DNA of 64,000 nt. Source: Chthoniobacteraceae bacterium. GTDB lineage: Bacteria > Verrucomicrobiota > Verrucomicrobiia > Chthoniobacterales > Chthoniobacteraceae. The translations under genes were made by a program, and so were the position numbers. Where the stretch lies: the NCBI GenBank assembly GCA_037190965.1, contig JBBCKI010000015.1, forward strand, positions 1 to 64,000, given 5' to 3'. Shown piece by piece: positions 9,619 to 19,627 of this stretch. The notes under the pieces are model-generated. The model was not told the origin of the DNA. It saw only the letters and a program-made list of their open reading frames with translations, and did no database searches. The number at the start of each line of letters is the position of its first letter. Position 1 is the stretch's first letter.

Positions 9619-10245
9619 TCAGTTCCGTTGTTCCGGGCTGTTCCGGTAGCCGTAGCGGAAGGGATCGGGCGAAAGGGCCAGCATCACGCGTTCCGCCGCG
9701 TTGCGGAAGTCGAAGGGCACGCTACTGCTCATCCCCGGCGCGTTGATGCTCCCGAACGGACGTGGTGAGCAAATCCCCCCTTTGAGGTCGAATTCATAAA
9801 CCACGGCGCCTGAACCGGTCCGCACGACGGTGTACTCCGAAACGCCCTCCTTGGAAGCCACAACCGGCACTTCGCAGCCGCTGACGTCAGTGATGCGGAC
9901 ATGGATTTTGGCGCTCGATTCAGACCAGGCATCGAGCCTCTCGATCCGGCCTTCGACCAGCCATCCCTCGGTCGGCACCTCGTTGTCAGCCAGCACCATG
10001 GCGGGAGCCAGCTTCGCGAGTTCCTCCTGCAGAATATTGGCGAAGGCGGTGGGAGCCAGCGACTTTCGCACCGCCCCGTTGGGGTTCCCGCGGTCCCGGT
10101 ATTGCGCGTAGTCCACGCTGAAAGGGCGAATGTAGATCGCGGTTGGATTTACCGCACCCGTGGCAACTTCCGTCCGGCTGACCCGAACCCCGGCGCAAGC
10201 GGAAAGAAGCACGACCGAACAGAGACCCATTAAAAATATTTTCAT
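9619..10245 (-). CDS. Putative lipoprotein (DUF4410-like)
   Basis: Lipobox LLSAC. IYIRPF and WLVEGRIERLD motifs. Confidence 0.65.
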   Translation of the reverse strand: MKIFLMGLCSVVLLSACAGVRVSRTEVATGAVNPTAIYIRPFSVDYAQYRDRGNPNGAVRKSLAPTAFANILQEELAKLAPAMVLADNEVPTEGWLVEGRIERLDAWSESSAKIHVRITDVSGCEVPVVASKEGVSEYTVVRTGSGAVVYEFDLKGGICSPRPFGSINAPGMSSSVPFDFRNAAERVMLALSPDPFRYGYRNSPEQRN

Positions 10246-10383
10246 ATCCGTTTCCGGTAGAATGCATTTTCCGTGCCCGAAAGCGAGCGACGAATTTCGG
10301 GGTGCGTAGAGAGTCTCTGATCACCCGCCGCCACCGTGAAACATGAGACTGGAGGCGAGCCTGTCGATACTCAGGGTTTCGCT

Positions 10384-11490
10384 CTACCCTCCGGATGCCA
10401 GAAGGAACGTGCGATGGATATTTTCCTGAGCAAGACGCCTTCCGCTCTTCAATAGCGGCAGGATGGGCTCGGCCAGTTTGCCAAGCCAGAGCAGATCGGC
10501 TTCGGTTGGCAAGTCCCTCCCCTCCTCGTCGGCCATTGCGGGAGTTCCATAATCAAGCAGCCAGCGGTAACTTCGCAGCTCGGGCCAAATGGGGCCCATG
10601 CCGAGCTGACGGGTATAATCGTCGGCACGACGGGCGATGCGGATCCCCGGGGCATCGATGTCGCCGAAATAGAAGACCGGGCGCGCGCCACCGATTTCGG
10701 CAAAGATATCGGCAAGGCGGGAGACCGATTCCGGAAAGCGGTTGCCGCCCCCGTAAGCAATCGCGCTAAACCTGCAAACACGCTCGTTCCAGACGCAATA
10801 GCTATCGAAAGTGGAGGCATTCTCGATGACCAGCATCGGAGAGCCGCAGGAGCCCGATGGGCCACGCCGCCAGCCGAGCGGTTCGGCGACGACAAAGGCG
10901 CAGAGGTGCCTCTCCAGATTCAAGCGACCTTCGCGAAACAGCGCGGTGGCTCGCAATGCATCGAGCCGCTTTTCGTCGCCGAAGATCTGCAACGACCGCT
11001 CTTTCACAGGCATCGGTTGATCCCTGTGGCCGCCCCGCAGGAAAAACTCGTTCAGTTTTAGAAGATCTTCGACGGCGACACCCAGCCGGGCTTCGAGGAC
11101 AAACGCCAACTCGGGAGCCCATTCGATCGTGGCGAGATCGCGCTTCTCTTGAACCGACCATTCGCCGGCAAACCACTCGCGCAGGCGCGCTTCGGCAGCC
11201 GGGAGAACGGCGATGCGCTCGATCTGGTAAGGGCGGGCGCGGGGCCGGGTCAACTTCGCAAGCCCGGCGGCCTCCAACACCTCGGCGTCGCGCAAGGCTT
11301 CGCTCCGTTCCTCCGCGCTGGCGATTCCCGCATCGATGAGAAGCCGCTCCCAATCCCGCGAGAAAGCGCGGCGCGAGATTTCCTGTAAGGCGGCACGATT
11401 GACGCGCCATTGTTCGAGCAGTTCGCGGAAAACCGGCATCCGGCGAAGATCGCCGGGGCCAAGCGCCCCTCCCCGCCCGAACTCCGTCAC
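10384..11490 (-). CDS. jetD: Wadjet JetD Toprim nuclease (DUF2220)
   Basis: ERSLQIFGDEKRLD, Toprim VIEN, YFGDIDAPG, terminal QE. GTG start overlaps the jetC stop; alternative ATG at 11439. Confidence 0.88.
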   Translation of the reverse strand: MTEFGRGGALGPGDLRRMPVFRELLEQWRVNRAALQEISRRAFSRDWERLLIDAGIASAEERSEALRDAEVLEAAGLAKLTRPRARPYQIERIAVLPAAEARLREWFAGEWSVQEKRDLATIEWAPELAFVLEARLGVAVEDLLKLNEFFLRGGHRDQPMPVKERSLQIFGDEKRLDALRATALFREGRLNLERHLCAFVVAEPLGWRRGPSGSCGSPMLVIENASTFDSYCVWNERVCRFSAIAYGGGNRFPESVSRLADIFAEIGGARPVFYFGDIDAPGIRIARRADDYTRQLGMGPIWPELRSYRWLLDYGTPAMADEEGRDLPTEADLLWLGKLAEPILPLLKSGRRLAQENIHRTFLLASGG

Positions 11491-14400
11491 GAAACCGCCT
11501 CCAGCGCCTGTTCCGAGGTCAGCAGGATCGGGACGTTCTCCACGCGGGTCTTGTACCCCTGGGCATCGTGCTCCTCCTCCTTGCGGCAAAGGATGGTGGT
11601 CTCCGCAAACCGCGCCATGACCCCAAGGCGGTCAATCGGGAACGCCATGAGAAGCTGGAGATTGAACTTCGCGGCCAACGCCAGACAGTCCTCGACGCCG
11701 TCGCCGGAGAGCTTGGAGAACGCCTCGTCCATCACGACGAGCCCGATGTGCTGGGCACGGCCCCCGCCGAGATCGTACACGCGCCGGTAGGCGGCGAGCA
11801 TCGAGATGAAGAACGGAGCCTGATTCTCACCGCCGGAGAGATTCTTGCCGCTGCGCCCGAGCGAAATGGAGGGGGCGTCGGCGCGTCCCGCATGAGCGGC
11901 CTGAATGGCTTCGAGGTCGTAACGATGATACTGCCGGTAATCGAGCAGACGCTGAAGCCGCCCTTCAGCCTTGTTACCAAGCTCCACGGCCTGCATCAAC
12001 TCATCGAGCGCGCTTTGAGTCTCCTCATTGCGGCTGGCGGCGAGAAGCTCATCGGTCGGCTCGAACCCGGAGTCGAGCAGCTTCCAAAGCGTCACGAAGG
12101 CGGGATCCCGCCGTTGGGTGACGCGGTAAAGATAGCGGCCCACCGGTTGATCGAGGTAGGTGCGAAGGAGCCGGACGGTTCGTTCGGCCTGCTGGAGGTG
12201 TTCGTTAAGCCGGTTGAGCACCTGGTCCTTGAGCCGCCGCTCCCAATCCTGACGCCGCTCGCCCGCAAGCTTGCGATAGGTCGGGATCTCCGTGCCGCCC
12301 AGAAGTTCATAGCGGCTCTGCCACCGGTCGTTCCCCTCTTCACCGGGATCTTCAAAGCGCCAGTGAGGGAACTTGGGCCTGCCCTCTTCGTCGGTGGCGT
12401 TCTGGAGCGCGAGGCGGGCGTTGTTCCGCTCATTCCATGCGTTGTTGCAGGCGTTCCCGGCGGCGCTGGCGGCATTGGCCACCGCCCTCTCCCGCTCGGG
12501 CCAGTTCTTGTAGGAAGCAATGAAGGCGTCGAGGCGCGAAGCGATCTCGGCGGTCGTGATGCCGATGGGAAGCGCGCCGTGGCTCTGCTGCGCGGCGATC
12601 TGGGCGCGGTTCAACGACTCTTTATCCTCGCAGAGTGTTTCCTCCCTTTGGCTTCGCGAAATCTGGTATTGATCCTGCGCCGTCCTCAGCGCCCCGATCT
12701 GCTGGTTGGCCGCCGCGAGATCGCGCTGCATCTGCTGGCGGGATTCCAGCCGTTGCGCTCGCTCCGGCGTTTCGAGATATTCGATCTCCCGGAGGACTTC
12801 CGAGAGTTCGGCTTCGAGTTCCGGCAATTGGGAGATTTCACCGATGCGGCTGGGCAGAACGACGCGATCCAACTCGCCCTGTTTGCCTTCGTCGATCCAC
12901 GCGCGCACCTGGTTGCGCTGTTCTTCCAACCCGGCGCGGGTGGCCATCCGCTCCCGCTGCTCGCGGATCAGCATTTCAGCAAGACGTTTGAGCCCTTCTT
13001 GCCCCAGCGTGTATTCAAACCCGGGCATCTGCCGCAAACGGCGGCGCGTGGGGCTTTGCTTGAGGAGGCCGTCGCGGGTGATCCCCTGCTCGCATTTCTC
13101 CAGATCGTCCATGCGCTCCACGGCGGCGACCGGCCCGAGCAGATGACGCACGAACCCCTCCGCGATAGCGGTCATTTCGGGAGAAGCGGCGCGCACTTCG
13201 ATCTTCCCTGCCAGGGAATCCTTTCGCACCGTCGTCGCCAGTTCCTGCGCTTCGCGCGGGTGGATGACGGCTTCCTCCATGCCGCGCGGGCCGGAGGGCT
13301 GTTTCCTGAGAAGATCAAGCGCGGCCTGGTAGGTCTCGCTGGAAGGGGTGACAATGGCGAAGCGGTGCCGGCCAAGGAACATTTCCAGCGCCGAGCGCCA
13401 CTCTTCGGCCTCGGGTTTGACTTCGACCATCCGGCAAAGCTGTTCCACGGCGGACTTATCCCCCTTTGCCTTGATGGCTTGAAGCAGCGGGAACGTCCCC
13501 GGGGTTTCGTCGAGTTGCAGCTTTTCGAGATCGCGCGCGAGCGTTTGCAGGCGGTCGGTCTGCACCTTGATCTCGGCCTCCACCGGCAGCAGCAGTTCGC
13601 GGGCGCGGTTGACGATGGTGTTGTAGGAATTGGCGAGCTTCGGCAACGCGTCGATCCCTTCGCGCTCGTCGGAGGCGAGCAGGGCATCGATCAGAGCATC
13701 GTCATCATTGAGGGTGTCGGCAAGCCCTTCGAGCGGCACTTCCCTGCCTCGCTGCAACCACCGCTGCCAGCGGCGGCCAAGATCGGCGAGCCGTTCGCGC
13801 ACGGTGCGCTGCGCGTCGGATAACGCCTCGACCTTCGCGCCGAGCGTCTTCTGTTTTTCCTGCGCGGCGAGGAGATCGCTGTCATCGCGGTCGAGCGTGA
13901 AGCGGTTGAGATCGCCCTCAAGCTGTTTCTGCCGTTCGAGCGCTTCGTCAAACTTCGCCTTGTCTTCCGCGTGGCGGGCGTCGAGCGCTTCCAATGCCAG
14001 TGTCCCGTTGCGGACGGCTTCCTCCCATTTCGTCTGGTCGAGCGCAAGGCCGAGATGCCGCAGGAAGGCTTCCTCTTTCCGGGCATGGCGCAGCTTTCCG
14101 TCGTGGGTGCAGATCGTGTCGAGCAACCCGCACTCCGCCTCCTGAAGCTCCAGCACGCGCTGGGTCTCGCGATAGGCGGCGACAGATCGCTTCACCTCGG
14201 TGACGTCGACGGGGCTCTCCTCCAGCACGAAGTCGCGGATGAACGCCTCGACGTCGGCCTCGGGCTCGAATGCGATCGACTTCCAAAGCGTTTTGTTGAG
14301 CTGGTCGCGATCAAAATAGAGATGTTTCGGCGTCGCCATCTCCTCAAGATAGGTGCGGTGCGTCGGCAGAAGGACATCGTGCCCGTACTCACGCCGGAAA

Positions 14401-14879
14401 AAGGTGCGGAACTCGTCTTCGGAGCGGAGCTTCCCGCCCGGGGCGATCATCTCCCAGGTAATGCGGTCGGGAATGCCGAAGTAGGTGCGCTTGGGCTCGG
14501 CATCGGGGCTGGAAAACTCCACCCGCATCCCCCAGGTCTCGCGGCGCGGCTCCTTCCCCGGCTCGGCAGGCCACGTGAACTCAAGCCCAATGACGCTCGC
14601 GCCGCTGCGGCGGAGATAGTGCGGCTCCCCTTCGCGGGTCGTATTGGTATCGCAAAGGCAATAGCTGACCAGCGAACGCCCGCGCGCGTTCCCCGCGGCG
14701 GCGCGGTTGGGCCGCCAGTGCTCGCCCAGCAGGACGTATTGCAGAAGATCGAGCAGCACCGACTTCCCCGTGCCGTAAGCGCCGGAGATGAGGATGTTGT
14801 TGTTCACGTCGATCATCTGACGGAACCCATACCAGTTGACCGCGATGATGCGGCTGAGCGAAACGCGATGGGAAATCAT
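11487..14879 (-). CDS. jetC: Wadjet JetC SMC/MukB-like ATPase
   Basis: IIAVNWYGF, Walker A GAYGTGKS, long coiled coils around a central hinge, signature LSGGE, Walker B VVMDEAF. Confidence 0.92.
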   Translation of the reverse strand: MISHRVSLSRIIAVNWYGFRQMIDVNNNILISGAYGTGKSVLLDLLQYVLLGEHWRPNRAAAGNARGRSLVSYCLCDTNTTREGEPHYLRRSGASVIGLEFTWPAEPGKEPRRETWGMRVEFSSPDAEPKRTYFGIPDRITWEMIAPGGKLRSEDEFRTFFRREYGHDVLLPTHRTYLEEMATPKHLYFDRDQLNKTLWKSIAFEPEADVEAFIRDFVLEESPVDVTEVKRSVAAYRETQRVLELQEAECGLLDTICTHDGKLRHARKEEAFLRHLGLALDQTKWEEAVRNGTLALEALDARHAEDKAKFDEALERQKQLEGDLNRFTLDRDDSDLLAAQEKQKTLGAKVEALSDAQRTVRERLADLGRRWQRWLQRGREVPLEGLADTLNDDDALIDALLASDEREGIDALPKLANSYNTIVNRARELLLPVEAEIKVQTDRLQTLARDLEKLQLDETPGTFPLLQAIKAKGDKSAVEQLCRMVEVKPEAEEWRSALEMFLGRHRFAIVTPSSETYQAALDLLRKQPSGPRGMEEAVIHPREAQELATTVRKDSLAGKIEVRAASPEMTAIAEGFVRHLLGPVAAVERMDDLEKCEQGITRDGLLKQSPTRRRLRQMPGFEYTLGQEGLKRLAEMLIREQRERMATRAGLEEQRNQVRAWIDEGKQGELDRVVLPSRIGEISQLPELEAELSEVLREIEYLETPERAQRLESRQQMQRDLAAANQQIGALRTAQDQYQISRSQREETLCEDKESLNRAQIAAQQSHGALPIGITTAEIASRLDAFIASYKNWPERERAVANAASAAGNACNNAWNERNNARLALQNATDEEGRPKFPHWRFEDPGEEGNDRWQSRYELLGGTEIPTYRKLAGERRQDWERRLKDQVLNRLNEHLQQAERTVRLLRTYLDQPVGRYLYRVTQRRDPAFVTLWKLLDSGFEPTDELLAASRNEETQSALDELMQAVELGNKAEGRLQRLLDYRQYHRYDLEAIQAAHAGRADAPSISLGRSGKNLSGGENQAPFFISMLAAYRRVYDLGGGRAQHIGLVVMDEAFSKLSGDGVEDCLALAAKFNLQLLMAFPIDRLGVMARFAETTILCRKEEEHDAQGYKTRVENVPILLTSEQALEAVS

Positions 14880-15535
14880 TCTGCGGCCTCCAGTTCGGCG
14901 TTATCGCCACTGCCTTTGCCCTCGACGTTAGGCTCGGTGGGCTGATCGGCGACTTGATAAAGGGCAACCTGTTCTTCCCACTCCGTCCCTTCAAACGGAA
15001 TGGCGCGCGCCAACGTCGGCAGGATCTCGATGCCCGATTCGCCTGGGCGGTCGTCGTTGGACTGATAGCGAATGAGCCGCTTGCGCCGCAGCTTGGAAAG
15101 GATGCGCTCCAGGTGCGCGGGCGTCGGCGGGACGATCTTTTCGAAGTAGAGGCGCAACCGCGCATCGAGATCGTTGGCGGTCAGCATGGCGGTGTCGCTG
15201 GTCTGCATCATGCGATGGTCGTCGTAAATCCTCCAGAGCGTCAGGACGACGAGCGTTTCATCTTTGCTGAAGCGGGTGGTCAGTGGGCATTCCCCCGGGA
15301 TGGGGCGCGCCTGAAAGAGAGGCCGGTCGGGGTCCTGGAACAGCTCAATGCCCAGCGGGGCGAGGTATTCCGCCAGCTCCGCGCGGTAGAGGCGCGCGAG
15401 CTCGAAGAGTTGCCTGTCGCGCCCCGCGTCGCCGAAGATCACGCCGGTGCCGAGAAGATCGCCGAGGATTTCGGAGACGGCGGCACGATCCGCCTGCGGG
15501 ATGTGCGCCCAAAAAGAAGGCCAGGAAGGAGTCAT
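14876..15535 (-). CDS. jetB: Wadjet JetB (DUF4194-like KITE subunit)
   Basis: 219-aa winged-helix-like protein between jetA and jetC, with ATGA overlaps on both sides. ETLVVLTLWRIYDD motif. Confidence 0.85.
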   Translation of the reverse strand: MTPSWPSFWAHIPQADRAAVSEILGDLLGTGVIFGDAGRDRQLFELARLYRAELAEYLAPLGIELFQDPDRPLFQARPIPGECPLTTRFSKDETLVVLTLWRIYDDHRMMQTSDTAMLTANDLDARLRLYFEKIVPPTPAHLERILSKLRRKRLIRYQSNDDRPGESGIEILPTLARAIPFEGTEWEEQVALYQVADQPTEPNVEGKGSGDNAELEAAE

Positions 15536-17034
15536 TCTATGCGTTCGAGGGTGATGCGTTCCACCCGATGCCCACCTTGTTCATCGGATAGAAGAGCTTC
15601 AGGCGTAAGGCCAAGCTCCGTGCGTTGCGTGAGAACCCGCCACTTGACGGGCCGGGAGGAGGTCACCCCGTTCCCCTGCTCGAAGGCGAGCGCGGCGAGG
15701 AGATCAAGGAAATCGTCGGAGTTGAGATGAAAATCAGCCGTGGAGAGCTTTTCCCCGCGCTCGGGAAGCAGGCTCTCGATCAACCGCACCGCGCGCTGCG
15801 GAGTAATGGCGTCGCGGGTACGACGGCGGATGATGCTTTGCGCGTCGATCAGATCGCCAGACGCGGGCGGCTCGGCCAGTGAAAGATCGACCGGCGGTCG
15901 GGCGCGGCGCGGGCGCGAAAGGGCATCGCGGCCAAAGCAAAGTTCCACCTCCGGCGAGAGGAGAGTAAACCCCGGTTCCGCGGCAAAATCGGCAAAGGTC
16001 CGCCCCTCGCTGGCCTTATTGACCGCCTGCATAAGCTTGCGCACCTGCTCGGGCCTGCGGCCACGGAGTTCCGTCTGGTAACGATACCGCGCGGCGGAAA
16101 GACGGCTGAAGTCGGCAATGCGGCCATCGACGATCCGCTGCTTGGCGAGAATCGCGGCAAGCCCGCCCTCCAGCGTCGAGAGCATCCGCTCTGCCACGGT
16201 GTAGGAGCCGATTTCGTCCATGCCGTGATGCGCCGCAAGCCCTTCGGCCAGCCGTTGTTTGGTCAGGGAGTCGGCAAGAGCGTCCTGCACGACCAGGCGC
16301 GCCTGCTTGAGCTTCGGGAGCAAACCGGCCTTCTCGAGCGCATCGTAGCAGACCATGTGTTCGCCTTCGTGGAACTCCACGAGAAAACGCTGGAGCGTCT
16401 CCCCGGCGGACGCGCTTGCCCGCTGGCGCTCCTCCTCCCGGAAGATAAGCGTTTCCACCGCGTGCATCTGATCACCGGCACGGGCCAGCCGCGCGAGAAG
16501 CTCCTTGGTGACCTGCCGAAGCTCGTCGGGCTCCCGCCGCGAAGGAGACAGAGCCCCATCGCTCAGCAGCGTCTCGCAGATCGATCGCACGGTAGCCGAA
16601 AAATCCTTCAACTCGGCGAGGTCGCTCTGGCTCAGCTCCCTGAGGAGCCGTAGCAGCGGACGCAGGTGTGGCGAAAGCAGCACCCATCGTTCGTCGAGGT
16701 TCACGGGCCGATAGATGAGCCACCCGGCTTCCAGCATCCGGTTGTAAAACTGCCCGGCGCGGAGGCGGAGATCTGCCAATCCCGCGCCTTCGTCCTGGTC
16801 CAGCTCCACGGAGGGGTGCGCGCCAAGGACGTCGCGGATGAGCGCCAAAGCGTCATCCGGAGCGAGTTGCCCCCCTTCATCCGCGCTGGCCGCCAGACGA
16901 TCCGCGCAGTCGATATAAACCGGCGCGGAAGGGCGGCTCAAGGGCCGGAAGAACCCCTTGCCGAGCAACGGCATCAGCAAGCTGCTGAGGAGGCCTGAGG
17001 GAGCGCTTGAGGATGTTTCGCGAGGGGCAGCCAT
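15532..17034 (-). CDS. jetA: Wadjet JetA kleisin-like subunit (DUF5716-like)
   Basis: About 500 aa and first in the operon. FFRPLS..YIDC and LEAGWL motifs; helical. Start set at MAAPRE. Confidence 0.82.
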   Translation of the reverse strand: MAAPRETSSSAPSGLLSSLLMPLLGKGFFRPLSRPSAPVYIDCADRLAASADEGGQLAPDDALALIRDVLGAHPSVELDQDEGAGLADLRLRAGQFYNRMLEAGWLIYRPVNLDERWVLLSPHLRPLLRLLRELSQSDLAELKDFSATVRSICETLLSDGALSPSRREPDELRQVTKELLARLARAGDQMHAVETLIFREEERQRASASAGETLQRFLVEFHEGEHMVCYDALEKAGLLPKLKQARLVVQDALADSLTKQRLAEGLAAHHGMDEIGSYTVAERMLSTLEGGLAAILAKQRIVDGRIADFSRLSAARYRYQTELRGRRPEQVRKLMQAVNKASEGRTFADFAAEPGFTLLSPEVELCFGRDALSRPRRARPPVDLSLAEPPASGDLIDAQSIIRRRTRDAITPQRAVRLIESLLPERGEKLSTADFHLNSDDFLDLLAALAFEQGNGVTSSRPVKWRVLTQRTELGLTPEALLSDEQGGHRVERITLERIE

Positions 17035-17240
17035 GAACGGCGAGAAGAATACGATTCCCCGCCGGGCTGGCAATTTTATTGTCGCGGGTTCTGCCAGGGG
17101 CGGGCGCATGGGTAGTAGCCTGCAAGATGGGGCTTGCCTCCGCGCCTGTTGAATCATTAGTTAAATGTCTTCCGCATGGAGACCAGCAAACCACGGCCGG
17201 CACTCAGGGAGAGACCCCTGATTTTTTGGGATGATTCAAT

Positions 17241-18842
17241 ATGTCCCTGAAGGTCGAGCTTTATTTCTGGAGTCGGAACTACCGGTTGTTGTTCCTGCTG
17301 GCAGCCCTGATTCTGGCGGTCGGTTTTGGCATTGCATCGCGCAAGAGCGGAGAACGAGTTGCCCCTGAAACCGAAACCTGGGTTCCCGCTAAGATCCGGG
17401 AACTGACCGACCCGTGGCAGGCGCTCAAAGATGCACTTAGTGCGGCAGACCCCGCCCTGAGCGAGACGGATCGAGCCGACAGGATCGTCTTCCTTCTCAT
17501 CGCCTTCAATGCCCGCGCGGACAAAAAAGCGACCTCGGACTACGGGGCCCGGGTGAAAGAGCTGATCGCGGGTTCAACTCTTTCGCCGGCGCGAAAGCAG
17601 CTTTTCGGTGCGTTCTGGAAAAGCCTTGGTTCCATTTCCGGGGAACCCGATGCCGTGTTGCTGACCCTCGCCTACCGGCAGCAACTCACCACGGCCAACT
17701 ATCTCACCGCATGGCTATACATGCGCCAGAAAAATACCGACCGGGCTCTCTTCTTCCTGAATCGGGAGGGAACCTTCCCCAAAAGCGCGGATGCGAGGCG
17801 GATCGAAATTTCGATTCTCCTCCAGACAAAGAACTTCGACGCGCTGGAGAAGATTTCCAAAGACCCGCACTATGCGAAAGAATGGAACCTGCATGCGGAT
17901 ACGGAAGTCGCCGTGCATCGCCACGAATGGGGCCGGGCCGCATGGAATCTCCTGCGGCTCCAGTTGACGGGAATGCAGACGCCGGTGGCGGGTTTGGTCC
18001 TGATTTCCGGGGCGGTCTGGTTTGCCATCTGGCTTCAGGCGATCCAGATGCTGGAGGCTCCGCTTTTCCGCGCCTCATGCTGCCTCGTCGCCTTCGTGCT
18101 GGGGGTCTTCAGCGTTACACCCACGCTTCTCCTGGTCTATTGGTCCGAGCGCCATCTCGGCCTTGTCGAGGGAAAGGGATTGCTCGGGGATATTCTATTT
18201 TTCTGCGCCGGGGTGGGACCCCGCGAAGAACTTTGCAAGCTGCTGGCCTTCCTGCCGCTGGTGCCTTGGCTGCTGCAAAGGGGGAACCGGCTTGAAATGC
18301 TGATCGTCGCCGGGTTTGCCGGGCTTGGCTTCGCCGTTGCGGAGAACATCCAATATTTCGACCGGCACATCGACGCTGCGTATGCCCGGTTTCTGACTGC
18401 CAACTTCCTGCACGTCGCCGCCACCGGGCTTGTCGGGTTGAGCTTGTGCGAAACGCTGCTGAATCCCCTCCGGAAATGGTGGGTCTTCCCCGTCTGCTTT
18501 CTGTGGATTTCCGTCCTCCATGGAGCCTACGACGTTTTCCTTTCCTCCCCGCTGCTGACCAGTGTGCAGGGGCTAAGCGGCGCCTGCTTTATCTGGCTGG
18601 CCCTGGTCTTTTTCAAACGCCTGCGGCAGGCCCGCAGCCTTGAGACCAACTACTTTTGGATGCCCGGCAGCATCACCCTGGGGCTGGCCGTGGTGACTGC
18701 GGCAACGTTGGTCTACACAGCCGAAGCGATGGGATTGACTGAAGCCGTCACGACGCTTGCTTTCCAAGCCATCTCATTTGCCATGTTGATCTATCTATTT
18801 GTCTGGCAAACGGGCAATCTCCGCTACGACGCAGACCTTTGA
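17241..18842 (+). CDS. prsW: PrsW family glutamic intramembrane protease with N-terminal extracytoplasmic helical/TPR-like domain
   Basis: EELCK, GLGFAVAEN, FLH and HGAYD motifs; multiple TM helices. Confidence 0.85.
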   Translation: MSLKVELYFWSRNYRLLFLLAALILAVGFGIASRKSGERVAPETETWVPAKIRELTDPWQALKDALSAADPALSETDRADRIVFLLIAFNARADKKATSDYGARVKELIAGSTLSPARKQLFGAFWKSLGSISGEPDAVLLTLAYRQQLTTANYLTAWLYMRQKNTDRALFFLNREGTFPKSADARRIEISILLQTKNFDALEKISKDPHYAKEWNLHADTEVAVHRHEWGRAAWNLLRLQLTGMQTPVAGLVLISGAVWFAIWLQAIQMLEAPLFRASCCLVAFVLGVFSVTPTLLLVYWSERHLGLVEGKGLLGDILFFCAGVGPREELCKLLAFLPLVPWLLQRGNRLEMLIVAGFAGLGFAVAENIQYFDRHIDAAYARFLTANFLHVAATGLVGLSLCETLLNPLRKWWVFPVCFLWISVLHGAYDVFLSSPLLTSVQGLSGACFIWLALVFFKRLRQARSLETNYFWMPGSITLGLAVVTAATLVYTAEAMGLTEAVTTLAFQAISFAMLIYLFVWQTGNLRYDADL

Positions 18843-18862
18843 TCCCGACAATCCCACGAGTC

Positions 18863-19525
18863 ATGGAATGCTTCACCTCCCTCCCGACCCTTGCCTGGAT
18901 TGCCTTAACGATCGGTTCAGCATGGGTCACGACTGCATCGTTAATCCTCATCTACCGCGCGTTCAGGGAATCCCTCGCATGGGGGCTCGCCTGTATCTTC
19001 TTTCCGCTGGCGGTCTTCATGTTCACTCTTCGCTTCTGGCGCGACGTGAAGGGTGTTTTCTACGGATATGTGTCCGGAATCGGCTGCATGATGATCGCTT
19101 TCGGCCTTTTCCTCACCGAACCGGGCACACGCGCTTTCGTCGTGGAGCTATTTAACGAACATGTGCTGTTTCGGGAGATTGAAGAAGGCGATGAACCCGA
19201 AGGTCAACCGAAGCGGCGGCGCGGCAAACCGAAGGGGATAACCAACCTCCAGGCGGAGTTTGAAGCGCAGGATAAAGCCGCCGCCATTCAGGAAGAACGG
19301 AGGCAAAGGGCCGCCGAACTTTACTCCATGGTGCAGGCGTGGCATGGCGAGCTTGCCAAGAAACAACCCGGCCCGGGGGCCAAGCCGGAGGAACTGAGCG
19401 CCTTCAACAAGGAATACGGCAATTATCAGGGGTTGCTGAGTGAATACAAGACCGCCGTGGAGGAATTCAAAAAATCGCAGCCGATGGCACAACCCGGCCC
19501 CAAACCGCCCCCAAAAGGAAAATGA
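18863..19525 (+). CDS. Hypothetical membrane protein (about 3 TM helices plus charged coiled-coil C-terminus)
   Basis: AFRESLAWGLACIFFP hydrophobic N-terminal half; helical, charged C-terminal half. Confidence 0.7.
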   Translation: MECFTSLPTLAWIALTIGSAWVTTASLILIYRAFRESLAWGLACIFFPLAVFMFTLRFWRDVKGVFYGYVSGIGCMMIAFGLFLTEPGTRAFVVELFNEHVLFREIEEGDEPEGQPKRRRGKPKGITNLQAEFEAQDKAAAIQEERRQRAAELYSMVQAWHGELAKKQPGPGAKPEELSAFNKEYGNYQGLLSEYKTAVEEFKKSQPMAQPGPKPPPKGK

Positions 19526-19627
19526 TGGATTCCCGACCAATCATTGCCATCGTGCAGGGGGTGCCGGAACGGAGTTTGGAAACGAGGAAAAATCAACGGG
19601 CTACATCCTTGCCTAAAACGCCCAAGT

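Noticed and set aside
11568..13823. 751-aa plus-strand ORF (also 26200-28011 minus and other long antisense ORFs)
   Set aside because: These are antisense shadows of high-GC genes (jetC, kdpD) with no recognisable motifs.
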